Below, piece after piece: positions 36,997 to 46,657 of a stretch of 64,000 bases of DNA. The notes under the pieces were generated by a model. It did not search any database. It worked only from the letters and a program-made list of their open reading frames with translations, and had not been told where the DNA came from. The DNA comes from Myxococcota bacterium. Its GTDB lineage: Bacteria > Myxococcota_A > UBA9160 > UBA4427. The stretch spans positions 4,192,001-4,256,000 of the forward strand of contig OZ252299.1 in the NCBI GenBank assembly GCA_965250285.1, written 5' to 3'. The stretch's first letter is position 1, and the number at the start of each line of letters is the position of its first letter. A program made the position numbers and the translations under genes.

Positions 36997-39900
36997 GTGC
37001 TCGCCTCGCACCGCGTCCACGCCTGCGTCCTGGCCCTGGTCGCCGGCGTGTTGCTCCTCGGCGGGCTCGCCGCGCCCGCAGCCGCTCAGCCGAGCTACGT
37101 CAACTTCGACAGCGGTCCGGTGCGACCGATCGCCGCCTCCCCCGACGGCAGCCAGATCTTCGTCACGAACATCCCCGACAACCGGCTCGAGATCTTCGAC
37201 GTCGCGGGCGGCAGTCTGGTGCACGTCGATTCGGTACCCGTCGGCCTCGAGCCCGTCGCCGTCGCCGCGCGCACGAACACCGAGGTCTGGGTGGTGAACC
37301 ACCTCTCGGACAGCGTATCGATCGTCGACCTCTCGGCGAACCCGCCGCGCGTCGCACGCACCTTGATCGTTGGCGACGAACCGCGCGACATCGTCTTCGC
37401 GGGCACCGGCGGGAACCGGGCCTTCATCACCACCGCCCATCGGGGTCAGCACCGCACCGATCCGTCGATCAGCGGCGTGACCGGCGCCGGCGACCCGCAG
37501 CTCACCACCGAGGGCATTGGCCGAGCCGACGTCTGGGTGTTCGATGCGACCGACCTGGGCGCCACGCTCGGCGGCACCCCCGACGCGATCGTCAGCTTCT
37601 TCGCCGACACGCCGCGGGCCCTCGCAGTCAGCCCCGACGGCAACACGGTCTACGCCGCCGCGTTCCACTCGGGCAATCAGTCGACGGTCATCAACGAAGA
37701 AGACGTCACGAACGGCTTCGGCGCCAACGGGGTGCCGGGCCCCAACGACAACGCCGATGGCGTGAGCGCGCCCGAGGTCGGCGTCATCGTGAAGTGGAAC
37801 GGGGCTCAGTGGGTCGATGGCGATGGCGCGAACCGAAGCAGCGATGTGAACATCGATCTGCCCGACCACGACGTGTTCTCGATCAACGCGAACACGCTCG
37901 CCTCGAACTCGATCGTCGAGTTCGATCACGTCGGCACGATCCTCTTCAACATGGCCGTGAACCCGGTGAACGGCAACGTGTACGTCACGAATACGGAGCT
38001 CCCGAACCACATCCTGTTCGAGGGACCGGGCGTTCACGGGGGTTCCACCGTCCAGGGCCACCTCTCCGAGTCGCGCATCACGGTCATCGACCCGTCGGGC
38101 CCCAGCGTGACGCCCCGCCACCTCAACTCGCACATCGACTACGGCGCGCTGCACACCGACGCGGGCGCCGACCATGCCGCGATCGAAGCGCAAAAGGCCC
38201 ACACGCTGGCAACGCCGCTTCAGCCCGTCGTCTCGGCCGACGGCTCCAAGCTCTACGTCGCTGCGTTCGGCTCGGGTCGAGTCGGCGTGTTCGATACGGC
38301 CGCGATCGAATCGGGGAGCTTCGACCCCACGACCGCGAGCGCCGACTACATCTCGACCGGGGGCGGCCCTTCGGGCCTGATCCTCGACGAGGCGAACGAC
38401 CGCATCTACGTGCTGACGCGGTTCGCGAATCAGGTCGAGGTCTTCGACGCCACCACCGGCAGCCCCGTCGCGACGCTCCCGCTGCCGAGCCCCGAACCGG
38501 CTTCGGTCGTCGAAGGCAGGCCCTTTCTCTACGACGCGGACGCGACGTCGGGCAACGGCGAAGCATCCTGCTCGAGCTGCCACATCTTCGGCGACCTCGA
38601 CAGCCTGGCCTGGAACCTCGGCGACCCCGACGCCGCCGTCACTCAGAACACGAACCCGATCGGGCCAGTGTCGTCGCTCGGCAACCAGCTGCACCCGATG
38701 AAGGGGCCGATGACCACGCAGACGCTGCGCGGCATGTCCACGCATGGGGCGCTGCATTGGCGAGGCGATCGCGTCGACGGCTTCTTCGGGATCGACCCAT
38801 GCAACGAGCCGACCGGGGCCGAGTGCGACGAGGATCTCTCGTTTCGCAACTTCATCGTGGCCTTCGAGGGCCTGGTCGGGATGGACGGCACGATCAGCAG
38901 CAGCGAGATGCAGGCCTTTGCCGACTTCACGCTCGGCAGCGGTGCTGCGACGGGGTTGATGCTGCCGCCGAACCCCGTCCGCAACCTCGACAATAGCCTC
39001 ACCGCGTTCGAGCAGGCCGGGTCGGATTTCTTCTTCGATCAGACGAGTGACATCGTGGCCACCTGCGACGGCTGCCACACGCTCGACCCCGCTCAGGGCT
39101 TCTTCGCCGCGAACGGCGAACGCACCTTCGAGGCCGAGCCGCAGGAGTTCAAGGTCGCGCACATGCGCAACATGTACGCCAAGATCGGCATGTTCGGCGA
39201 CTCGGGCTCGAACGACCTCGGCGACCAGGTGCGGGGCTTCGGCTTTCTTCACGACGGCAGCATCGGCTCGATCAAGCGATTCCTCGAGAACCCGCTCTTC
39301 GGCACGAACAACACGCAGGAGCTGCAGCTCGAGGCGTTCTCGATGGCGTTTCCGACCGATCTGGCGCCGATCGTCGGGCAGCAGGTGACACTCGACGCGT
39401 CGGATCTCGCCAGCGTCAACGGACGGATCCAGCTGATGATCGACCGGTGCAGCACCATCTACGACACGCTGGTGATGGGCGGCGCCGTGCCCGAGTGCGA
39501 CCTCGTCGTGAAGGGAACCGTCGGCGGCGTCGAACGCGGCTGGCTGAAGCTCGCGGGGAGCACCTTCCAGGACGATACCGGTGCGACGATCGGCGACGCC
39601 GACCTGCGAGACCTCGCCACGACGCTCGGCGAGGGCCCGCTCACGTACACGGCTGCACCGCCCGGTTCCGGTCAGCGGATGGGGATCGACCGCGACCTCG
39701 ACGGGGATCTCGACGGCGTCGACAATTGTCCGTCGGTCGCGAATCCCGACCAGACCGACACCGACGGCGACGGCACCGGCGACGCGTGCGACGTCGCGTC
39801 TTCGGACGGGGATCTCGACGGCGTCCCCGACGCCACCGACAACTGCCCGAGCGACCCGAACCCGGGGCAGGAGGACTTCGACGGCGACGGCCTCGGTGAC

Positions 39901-40200
39901 GCGTGCGACCCCGACGACGACAACGACGGTCTCCTCGACACCGTCGAAACCGACACGGGCACGTTCAACGGCGCCGGCGACACCGGTACCGACCCGTTCG
40001 ACGCCGACAGCGACGGCGATGGCTGGAACGACGGCGACGAGGTGACGGCGGGGACCGACCCCAACGATGGCCTCGACTTCCCCAGCGCCGTCCCGGTGCC
40101 GCTCCTGCCGGCGTTCGGCCCGGCGCTGCTCGCGGTCGCGTTGGCGGCGGGCGCCGTCACGGGGTTGAGACGACGACGGTCTCGCTCGGGGCTGGGCTGA
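36997..40200 (+). CDS. Secreted YVTN/YncE beta-propeller + diheme cytochrome c (bCCP/MauG superfamily) + TSP3 repeats + C-terminal sorting signal
   Basis: AAAGGAG RBS then GTG; signal peptide; propeller repeats (VGLEP, VGDEP, WVVN, YVTN); CSSCH and CDGCH; DNCP/DGDGxGDACD repeats; VPLLP-TM-RRRR tail. Confidence 0.85.
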   Translation: MLASHRVHACVLALVAGVLLLGGLAAPAAAQPSYVNFDSGPVRPIAASPDGSQIFVTNIPDNRLEIFDVAGGSLVHVDSVPVGLEPVAVAARTNTEVWVVNHLSDSVSIVDLSANPPRVARTLIVGDEPRDIVFAGTGGNRAFITTAHRGQHRTDPSISGVTGAGDPQLTTEGIGRADVWVFDATDLGATLGGTPDAIVSFFADTPRALAVSPDGNTVYAAAFHSGNQSTVINEEDVTNGFGANGVPGPNDNADGVSAPEVGVIVKWNGAQWVDGDGANRSSDVNIDLPDHDVFSINANTLASNSIVEFDHVGTILFNMAVNPVNGNVYVTNTELPNHILFEGPGVHGGSTVQGHLSESRITVIDPSGPSVTPRHLNSHIDYGALHTDAGADHAAIEAQKAHTLATPLQPVVSADGSKLYVAAFGSGRVGVFDTAAIESGSFDPTTASADYISTGGGPSGLILDEANDRIYVLTRFANQVEVFDATTGSPVATLPLPSPEPASVVEGRPFLYDADATSGNGEASCSSCHIFGDLDSLAWNLGDPDAAVTQNTNPIGPVSSLGNQLHPMKGPMTTQTLRGMSTHGALHWRGDRVDGFFGIDPCNEPTGAECDEDLSFRNFIVAFEGLVGMDGTISSSEMQAFADFTLGSGAATGLMLPPNPVRNLDNSLTAFEQAGSDFFFDQTSDIVATCDGCHTLDPAQGFFAANGERTFEAEPQEFKVAHMRNMYAKIGMFGDSGSNDLGDQVRGFGFLHDGSIGSIKRFLENPLFGTNNTQELQLEAFSMAFPTDLAPIVGQQVTLDASDLASVNGRIQLMIDRCSTIYDTLVMGGAVPECDLVVKGTVGGVERGWLKLAGSTFQDDTGATIGDADLRDLATTLGEGPLTYTAAPPGSGQRMGIDRDLDGDLDGVDNCPSVANPDQTDTDGDGTGDACDVASSDGDLDGVPDATDNCPSDPNPGQEDFDGDGLGDACDPDDDNDGLLDTVETDTGTFNGAGDTGTDPFDADSDGDGWNDGDEVTAGTDPNDGLDFPSAVPVPLLPAFGPALLAVALAAGAVTGLRRRRSRSGLG

Positions 40201-40272
40201 AGCGCGCGCGATCCGAATCGGCGCCGACCCGGAGCGCGCCCGGCGACGCCGAAGCCTCCGCGGCGCGAGCCG

Positions 40273-40812
40273 CTAGTCGACCTCGATGGCGAAGCGCCGA
40301 ACGGGGAAGTGGGCGTCCTCGGTCGTCTCGACGTTGACGACGTAGCGCCCGGGCTGCCGGAGAGCGTCCGCCGGCACATCGATCCGCACCCGATCGCGCG
40401 CGCCGCTTGGCGGCAGACTCCGCATCTCGAACCCGGGCCGCCCGATCGGCAACAGGTGCACGGCGCGCGGCTCATCACTCGTCAGCGGCACCGGGATCTC
40501 GAGTTCGAAACGCACCGCACCGTCGCCGCGTGCTTCGACCGCGGCCTGGTCGAGATGCACGGTGGCACCGGGTGGGACCGCAACGACGCCGTCGATCGAT
40601 CCGCGCACTTCGAGGATGGGCGCTCGATCCATGGGCTCGGCCGACGTCACCGGAACGGCATCGATCAGGGGCTCGCCGTCGATGCTTCGTCGCACCGTGC
40701 CCGTTTCGCCCTGACCCCACCACAACGCCACGGCAGCCGCCGCAAGCGCTAGGCCGCACGCGGCGAGCAGTGATGCGCGCTTCTTTCCCCTTCGCGATGC
40801 GGTCCCGACCAT
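40273..40812 (-). CDS. Hypothetical membrane-anchored or exported protein
   Basis: N-terminal hydrophobic segment; -10-like TAGACT 6 nt before ATG. Confidence 0.6.
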   Translation of the reverse strand: MVGTASRRGKKRASLLAACGLALAAAAVALWWGQGETGTVRRSIDGEPLIDAVPVTSAEPMDRAPILEVRGSIDGVVAVPPGATVHLDQAAVEARGDGAVRFELEIPVPLTSDEPRAVHLLPIGRPGFEMRSLPPSGARDRVRIDVPADALRQPGRYVVNVETTEDAHFPVRRFAIEVD

Positions 40813-40850
40813 GACGGCAGTCTACCTCGCCGCGACGCTATGTTTTCGAG

Positions 40851-41711
40851 ATGGGCTCTGCAGCAGCAGCCGATCGCCACCTGACGGGTTGGCGCGAACG
40901 CGTCCGGGTGGTCATCTTCGAGGCCGATACCCGCACCGGCCGGGCCTTCGACATCGGCCTGCTCGTGCTCATCGTCTTCTCGGTCGCCCTCGTCATGATC
41001 GAGAGCATGGGCGACGTGCGCGAAGACTACGCGTGGCAGCTTCGCGGTCTCGAGTGGCTCGTCACCATCCTCTTCACGATCGAGTACGCGCTGCGACTCG
41101 CCTGCACGCCGATGCCATGGAGCTATGCCCGCTCTTTCTTTGGCATCGTCGATCTTCTGGCGATCCTCCCGACCTACCTCAGCCTGCTCTTCCCGGGCGC
41201 CCACTCGATGATGGTGATCCGAGGCCTGCGCCTCTTGCGGATCGCGCGGGTGTTCAAGCTGGGTCGGTTCCTCAGCGAAGGCAACGTCCTGCGCCGCGCG
41301 ATCTGGTCGAGTCGACGCAAGGTCACCGTGTTCATCGGCGCCGTGCTGATCTGCGTCACGATCATCGGCTCTGCGATGTATCTCGTCGAAGGCGAGGAGA
41401 ACGGCTTCACCAACATCCCGGTGTCGATCTACTGGGCCATCGTCACGATGACGACGGTGGGCTACGGCGACATTGCGCCGCAGACTGCGCTCGGCAAGCT
41501 GATCGCCGCGGGCGTCATGGTGCTCGGCTACGGGATCATCGCCGTGCCGACGGGGATCGTCACCGCCGAGATCGTCGAATCGGTCACGCAGAACCGGGTC
41601 GTCACGACGCGCAGCTGCCCAGCGTGCTTGAGCGAGGGCCACCTGTACGAAAGCCGCTTCTGCAGGGATTGTGGGGCGCCGCTCCCCAAGCCGACGCCGC
41701 CCGAGGTCTAG
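40851..41711 (+). CDS. Voltage-gated-type potassium channel with C-terminal zinc ribbon
   Basis: S4 IRGLRLLRIARVFK; filter TMTTVGYGD; CPAC...CRDC. Confidence 0.93.
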   Translation: MGSAAAADRHLTGWRERVRVVIFEADTRTGRAFDIGLLVLIVFSVALVMIESMGDVREDYAWQLRGLEWLVTILFTIEYALRLACTPMPWSYARSFFGIVDLLAILPTYLSLLFPGAHSMMVIRGLRLLRIARVFKLGRFLSEGNVLRRAIWSSRRKVTVFIGAVLICVTIIGSAMYLVEGEENGFTNIPVSIYWAIVTMTTVGYGDIAPQTALGKLIAAGVMVLGYGIIAVPTGIVTAEIVESVTQNRVVTTRSCPACLSEGHLYESRFCRDCGAPLPKPTPPEV

Positions 41712-41725
41712 CTCGACTTGCGGCC

Positions 41726-42667
41726 CTATTCGGCGGCGCGGGGACGAAAGTACAGGTTGATCTTGTCGACCTTCAGGTACTTCTCGATCGGTTCGTAGCC
41801 GTTGGCCTCGAAGTAGGCGCGCACAGCGTCATACTGGCGCGTCTCGATACAGACGAGATCGGGGCGGAAGCGCTTGATGTCGAAGCCCGCGAGGGCGCCG
41901 AGCTCGGCGCCCTCGATGTCGATCGAAAGGAAGTCGACCTTCTCGATGCCCTGCTCATCGAAGATGCTGTCGAGCGTCGACGTCTCGACCTCGATCGTCT
42001 TCTTGACGCCGCCGACCCAGCCCTCGATGACCTCTTTGTCGAGACTCGCGAAGACGCCTGAGACGTGCAGTTCGAGCACCTCGCCGTCCTTGTCCGACAC
42101 CGCCGCGTGCACGAACGTCGCGTCGGGGCGCTCGCGCGCCCAGGCCTTGCCGTAGTGCTCCATGACGTCGACGGCGACGCCCGTCCAACCGAGGCGCTTC
42201 TCGAGGTAGTACGTCGTGCTGCCTTTGTTCGGCAGATACGCGCCGATATCGGCGAAGACGCCCCCTTCGCGATCGCCGAAGAAGTCACGAATCACCAACT
42301 CTTCGAAGCCTTGTGACGAAACCGGCTCGGCGTCGGCCAGCTCGGGCGACAGCACATCGCGAAAGTCGAGATCGGGGCGCACCGAGTTCGGCATCAGGGT
42401 GAAGAACTCGGTGCGGTTCGCGTAGAGCGCCTTCTGCTCGTCGGTGAGCGGGTCGAATCGCAGCTCGGTCCCCGAATCCGGCGCGGGGTCGGCCGTCGCG
42501 TCGACGCCGGCGACCTCTTCGGTGACCACCGTCGCCGCCGGCTCGACCGGGGGCGATCCATCGGTTGCCGTCGAGCCGCTCTGTGGCTCGCAGGCAACCA
42601 GAAACAACGGGAGCAGCGCAAGCACGGCCGGCTGGAGGGTGGATCGAATGAACTCGAAGATCGGCAT
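41726..42667 (-). CDS. FkbM-family SAM-dependent methyltransferase with predicted lipoprotein signal
   Basis: SSQGFEE, FADIGA, GWTGVAVD, TLDSI, DFLSIDIEGAE; lipobox FLVAC. Confidence 0.82.
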   Translation of the reverse strand: MPIFEFIRSTLQPAVLALLPLFLVACEPQSGSTATDGSPPVEPAATVVTEEVAGVDATADPAPDSGTELRFDPLTDEQKALYANRTEFFTLMPNSVRPDLDFRDVLSPELADAEPVSSQGFEELVIRDFFGDREGGVFADIGAYLPNKGSTTYYLEKRLGWTGVAVDVMEHYGKAWARERPDATFVHAAVSDKDGEVLELHVSGVFASLDKEVIEGWVGGVKKTIEVETSTLDSIFDEQGIEKVDFLSIDIEGAELGALAGFDIKRFRPDLVCIETRQYDAVRAYFEANGYEPIEKYLKVDKINLYFRPRAAE

Positions 42668-42803
42668 CCGCTGATTGTACAAGGCCTCGCGATCACGGGC
42701 CGCGATCGAGGCGGGGTCGAACGGTCCGTGCGCGCCGCCGGCAATGTGCGAGCTTCTTGCGCATGACGGCTTCCACGCGACGCGCCGTTCGGCTGATCCC
42801 GCG

Positions 42804-44180
42804 ATGAGCGAACCGGATCCTGGCGCTCCGAGCCTGCACCGCTACATCGGGCTTCGCTCCGCCATTGCCCTCGTCATCGCGAACGTGATCGGGGCCGGCA
42901 TCTTCACCACGACCGGTTTTCAGGCCGCTGATCTGGGCCACCCCGGCTACATCTTTGCGCTGTGGATCGTCGGCGGCGTGCTCGCGCTCTGCGGGGCGCT
43001 CTGTTACGCCGAGCTGGGCGCCGCCACGCCGGGCGCCGGCGGCGAGTACGTCTACCTGAGGGACACCTACGGCGGCGCGTTTGGCTTCATGAGCGCCATC
43101 GTCTCGCTGATCGCGGGCTTCTCGGCGCCGATCGCCGCCGCCGCCAAGGCCGTCGTGCGATACCTCGTGCACTTCTTCCCTGCGCTCGACGACGCCGGCA
43201 CAGGCGCGATCGGCATCACAACGGCCGACGTCGTGGCCCTGGTCCTCGTCTGGACGCTGATCGCCGCGCAACTTCGGGGCGCGCGGGCGGGGATGAAGCT
43301 CGGCGACTGGCTGACCGTCTTCAAGGTCGTCGGTCTCGTCGGCATCATCGTCGCAGCGGTGGCTGTGGGCCGCGGCAGCCTCTCGAACCTCACCGAGATC
43401 GGCGCGGTCTACGAAGGCCTCGGCGCGACGGCGAAGTACGAGGCGCTCGGCACGTCGCTCGTGTTCGTCATGTTCTGCTACTCGGGCTGGAACGCGTCGG
43501 CCTACGTCGCCAGCGAGTTCGAGAACCCCCAGCGCGATCTGCCCCGCGGCCTGCTCCTCGGCACCGGCTTCGTCGTGCTGCTGTACCTCGCGATCAACGC
43601 CGTCTACTTCTACGGCGCGCCGGTCGATGAACTCGCGGGTAAGGTCGAGGTCGGCCTGGTGGCGGCCCGTGCCCTCTTTGGCGGCGCGGGCACGAATGTG
43701 GTGGTGATCGTCCTGCTCGTCTCGCTGGTGGCATCGGCGTCGGCCATGACGATCGCGGGTCCCCGCGTCTACTACGCGCTCGGCAGCGACTATCCGTTCT
43801 TCGGCTTCCTCGCGCGCACCAACCCTCGCACGGGTGCGCCGGTGACGGCCCTCCTCGTTCAAGGCGTCGTCACCTCGGCGATCCTGCTGCTCGGGCGAGT
43901 CGATCAGATCCAGCAGTACTCGGGCTTCACGCTCAGTGTCTTCGCGAGCCTCGCGGTGTCGTGCGTCATCGTGCAGCGCGTCCGCAGACCCGAGCTGCCG
44001 CGACCGTTTCGCGTCTTCGCATACCCGTTGACGCCGTTGCTCTTTCTGAGCGTCTCGATCTGGATGATGTACTGGGCGTTGCGCGGACGTCCGCTCGAGT
44101 CGCTGCTCGGCATGGCCACGGTCGCCTTCGGCGGTCTGCTGTTCTTCGCCACGAACCGTCGCGGGGCCGATCGCGCGTAG
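42804..44180 (+). CDS. APC-superfamily amino acid permease
   Basis: IGAGIF, YAELG, GGEYVYL, YSGWN, PRVYYA, RPFRVFAYP. Confidence 0.92.
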   Translation: MSEPDPGAPSLHRYIGLRSAIALVIANVIGAGIFTTTGFQAADLGHPGYIFALWIVGGVLALCGALCYAELGAATPGAGGEYVYLRDTYGGAFGFMSAIVSLIAGFSAPIAAAAKAVVRYLVHFFPALDDAGTGAIGITTADVVALVLVWTLIAAQLRGARAGMKLGDWLTVFKVVGLVGIIVAAVAVGRGSLSNLTEIGAVYEGLGATAKYEALGTSLVFVMFCYSGWNASAYVASEFENPQRDLPRGLLLGTGFVVLLYLAINAVYFYGAPVDELAGKVEVGLVAARALFGGAGTNVVVIVLLVSLVASASAMTIAGPRVYYALGSDYPFFGFLARTNPRTGAPVTALLVQGVVTSAILLLGRVDQIQQYSGFTLSVFASLAVSCVIVQRVRRPELPRPFRVFAYPLTPLLFLSVSIWMMYWALRGRPLESLLGMATVAFGGLLFFATNRRGADRA

Positions 44181-44213
44181 CCGCAGCGTGGGAGCGCAGC
44201 GCCGGTCGCGCCC

Positions 44214-46217
44214 TCAGAGCGGCTCGGCGCGCGCCTTCTCCTCGTACCATCCCTGCAGTACGTCGAACGCCATCTTGCGGTCGCCGTCGTCCGACACGAG
44301 GCCCTTGAGATTGCGGTAGTCCTGTACGCCCTGGTACATGCGCAACGGCGCTCTGAAATCCTTGAGGATCCAGGGCGATACCCCGGCCAACCCCTGCTGG
44401 TTCTCGAAGAACTCGAGCTGCTTCTCGTAGACGAGCGCCTGGTATTCCTCACTGAAGACGGCGAGGTCCTCGGCGTCGGCGCGCAGGCCCTGCTTGGCGC
44501 CCGCTCCGGTCTCGCTGATCACGAAGGGCTTGCTGCCGGGGTGCCCGATGCGGATGCGGTCGATGTGGTCGAGCATCACGCGCCGCGCGTGGTGACTGCT
44601 GAAGGGCGTGACCGCAGCCAGGCCACCCGAGTAGTACCAGCCGAAGTACTCGTTCAACGCCGGAACGTCCACCGTGTCATAGAGCGGGTCGTGCACCGGG
44701 TACACCCACTCGTCGCGCTCGATCCCGACCAGCGCCGGCAGATACGAGGAGAGGAAGAACTCGGCCAGCTCGCGCGGGTCGGTGATGAGCGCAGCCGTGA
44801 CGAGCCGGGTGTCATCGAGGCCGCGTACGTGATCGGCCATCGCGCCGAGAAATCGGTTGCGCGCCTCTCCCTCAGGCGTCTCGTTCGCGATGCTCCAGAG
44901 CACGACCGAAGCACGGTTCTGATCGCGTTCGATCATTTCGCGCATCTGTTGCTTTGCGATGGCGAGGGTGTCGTCGTTCTCGAAGTCGACGGCCCAGTAG
45001 ACGGGGATCTCGGCCCACACGAGCAGCCCGAGCTCGTCGGCCAGCCGCGTCATGTGCTGGGGATGCGTGTAGTGCGCGAGGCGCACGAAGTTGCAGCCCA
45101 GATCGCGGGCATGGGCGAGCAGCTCGTCCGCCTGCTCGGCGTCGTGCACACGGCCCTCGCCATGCAGCGCCTCGTCGTGGATCGAGATGCCGCGCAGAAA
45201 GATGGGCTCGCCGTTCAGCCAGATCTCGTCGCCGCGGGTCTCGACGGTCCGAAAGCCGATGCGATCGGCGACGACGTCGCGCCAGCGCTCGGTCGCGGCC
45301 TCGACGACGTAGAGCCGCGGTGTGTCGGGTGACCAGCGCTCGGGGGCCGAGGCGACCCGCACCTCGCCGCGGCCTTCTTCGTCGGTCTCGATGCCGACGT
45401 CGATGCCGAGCTCGCGGATGCGCAGTCGCGCGCCGGCGCCACGCTCGGGCCCGGCGAGCTTCACCCGGGCCCGGATCTCGCTCGGATCGGCGGGATCGAG
45501 ACCGACCTCGAACGACTCGACGTGCGTCTCGGGCACGTCGATGATGAGCACATCGCGCGTGATGCCGCCGTAGTTGAGCCAGTCGGTCATCGGCGTCGGC
45601 ACGTCTTCGTCGCGCATCCGATTGTCGACGCGCACGACGAGCAGATTCTCGCCGTCGCGCAGCCGGTCGGTCACGTCCCAGTTGAACGGAGTGAACCCTC
45701 CGACGTGGCGGCCGACCAGCTCGCCGTTCAGGTACACCGCCGCTTCGTAGTTCGCGGCACCGAACCACAAGAAGCTGCGATCGCCGGGCGGCGTCTCGTG
45801 CGTGAACGTGGTCTTGTACCAGACGATGCCCTGGTAGAAGACGAGTCGGGGATCCTGGCTGTTCCAATCGCCGGGCACGTCGAGCTCGAGACCGTTCTCG
45901 AACGAGAACTCGGCGAGGTCGCTGGGCGTCGCCGGCTCCATCGCCCGGGGCGCGATGCCAGCCAGATCGCCGCGCCCGTACGGATCGATGACCGCCTGCC
46001 AGCGGCCGCCGAGGCTGACGTGATCGCGTGCGTAGACGTCCTGGATCGTCGGGTCGCCGCTGTGGGCGCTGCGCTCACCGATCGAGCGCTGGTGGTCGAC
46101 GATCTCCTTCATCTCGTTCGGCCAATCGCCGAACCAGACCCAGCCCGTGAACGCGAGCATCGCTGCCCCGAGCACGAAGAGGACACCACCGAGCAGGAGG
46201 AACACCGCGCTCTTCAT
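44214..46217 (-). CDS. GH2 beta-glucuronidase-like glycosidase with N-terminal membrane anchor
   Basis: VPGDWN, GGFTPF, NYGGITR, GFR, RLAHY, acid/base WSIANE, nucleophile in VISE, NLKG. Confidence 0.9.
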   Translation of the reverse strand: MKSAVFLLLGGVLFVLGAAMLAFTGWVWFGDWPNEMKEIVDHQRSIGERSAHSGDPTIQDVYARDHVSLGGRWQAVIDPYGRGDLAGIAPRAMEPATPSDLAEFSFENGLELDVPGDWNSQDPRLVFYQGIVWYKTTFTHETPPGDRSFLWFGAANYEAAVYLNGELVGRHVGGFTPFNWDVTDRLRDGENLLVVRVDNRMRDEDVPTPMTDWLNYGGITRDVLIIDVPETHVESFEVGLDPADPSEIRARVKLAGPERGAGARLRIRELGIDVGIETDEEGRGEVRVASAPERWSPDTPRLYVVEAATERWRDVVADRIGFRTVETRGDEIWLNGEPIFLRGISIHDEALHGEGRVHDAEQADELLAHARDLGCNFVRLAHYTHPQHMTRLADELGLLVWAEIPVYWAVDFENDDTLAIAKQQMREMIERDQNRASVVLWSIANETPEGEARNRFLGAMADHVRGLDDTRLVTAALITDPRELAEFFLSSYLPALVGIERDEWVYPVHDPLYDTVDVPALNEYFGWYYSGGLAAVTPFSSHHARRVMLDHIDRIRIGHPGSKPFVISETGAGAKQGLRADAEDLAVFSEEYQALVYEKQLEFFENQQGLAGVSPWILKDFRAPLRMYQGVQDYRNLKGLVSDDGDRKMAFDVLQGWYEEKARAEPL

Positions 46218-46241
46218 CTGGACTCCGTCGAGACGCCCGTC

Positions 46242-46652
46242 TCACGCCTTCGGCGCGAGCACCATCTGCGTCTGGGTGACCAGCGCAACGAGCTTGCCGT
46301 CGTCGCGCTCGATGCGGGTCTGAAACACGATGGTCGAGCGACCCACGTGCAGCGGCGTCGCCACCGCGACGACCTTGCCGCCTTCGACCCCGGCCGAGAA
46401 GAAGTTGGTCTTCGATTCGAGGGTCGTCGTCCCGTGCCCGGGCGGCAGATTCAGGAACGCGCCGAAGGCGCCCAGCGAATCGGCGATGCCCATGAGCGCG
46501 CCGCCGTGCATTCGGCCTGGGAGCGTGCAGAGATCACGCGTCACCTCGATCTCGGCGCGCAGCTCGTCCTTCGACGCATCGAGCATGCGAATGCCGAGCT
46601 TCTCGGGGAAGAAGCCCTTCATCGCATTCTGCACATCATCGGCCGTCGCCAT
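46242..46652 (-). CDS. PaaI-family (hotdog) thioesterase
   Basis: MHGGALMGIAD, TTLESKTNF, LHVGRST; start ATG 46652. Confidence 0.9.
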   Translation of the reverse strand: MATADDVQNAMKGFFPEKLGIRMLDASKDELRAEIEVTRDLCTLPGRMHGGALMGIADSLGAFGAFLNLPPGHGTTTLESKTNFFSAGVEGGKVVAVATPLHVGRSTIVFQTRIERDDGKLVALVTQTQMVLAPKA

Positions 46653-46657
46653 CGGCG

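Noticed and set aside
36997..40200. Calling this gene mauG or hydrazine synthase
   Set aside because: Only superfamily-level motifs are visible; its size, architecture and context differ from both.
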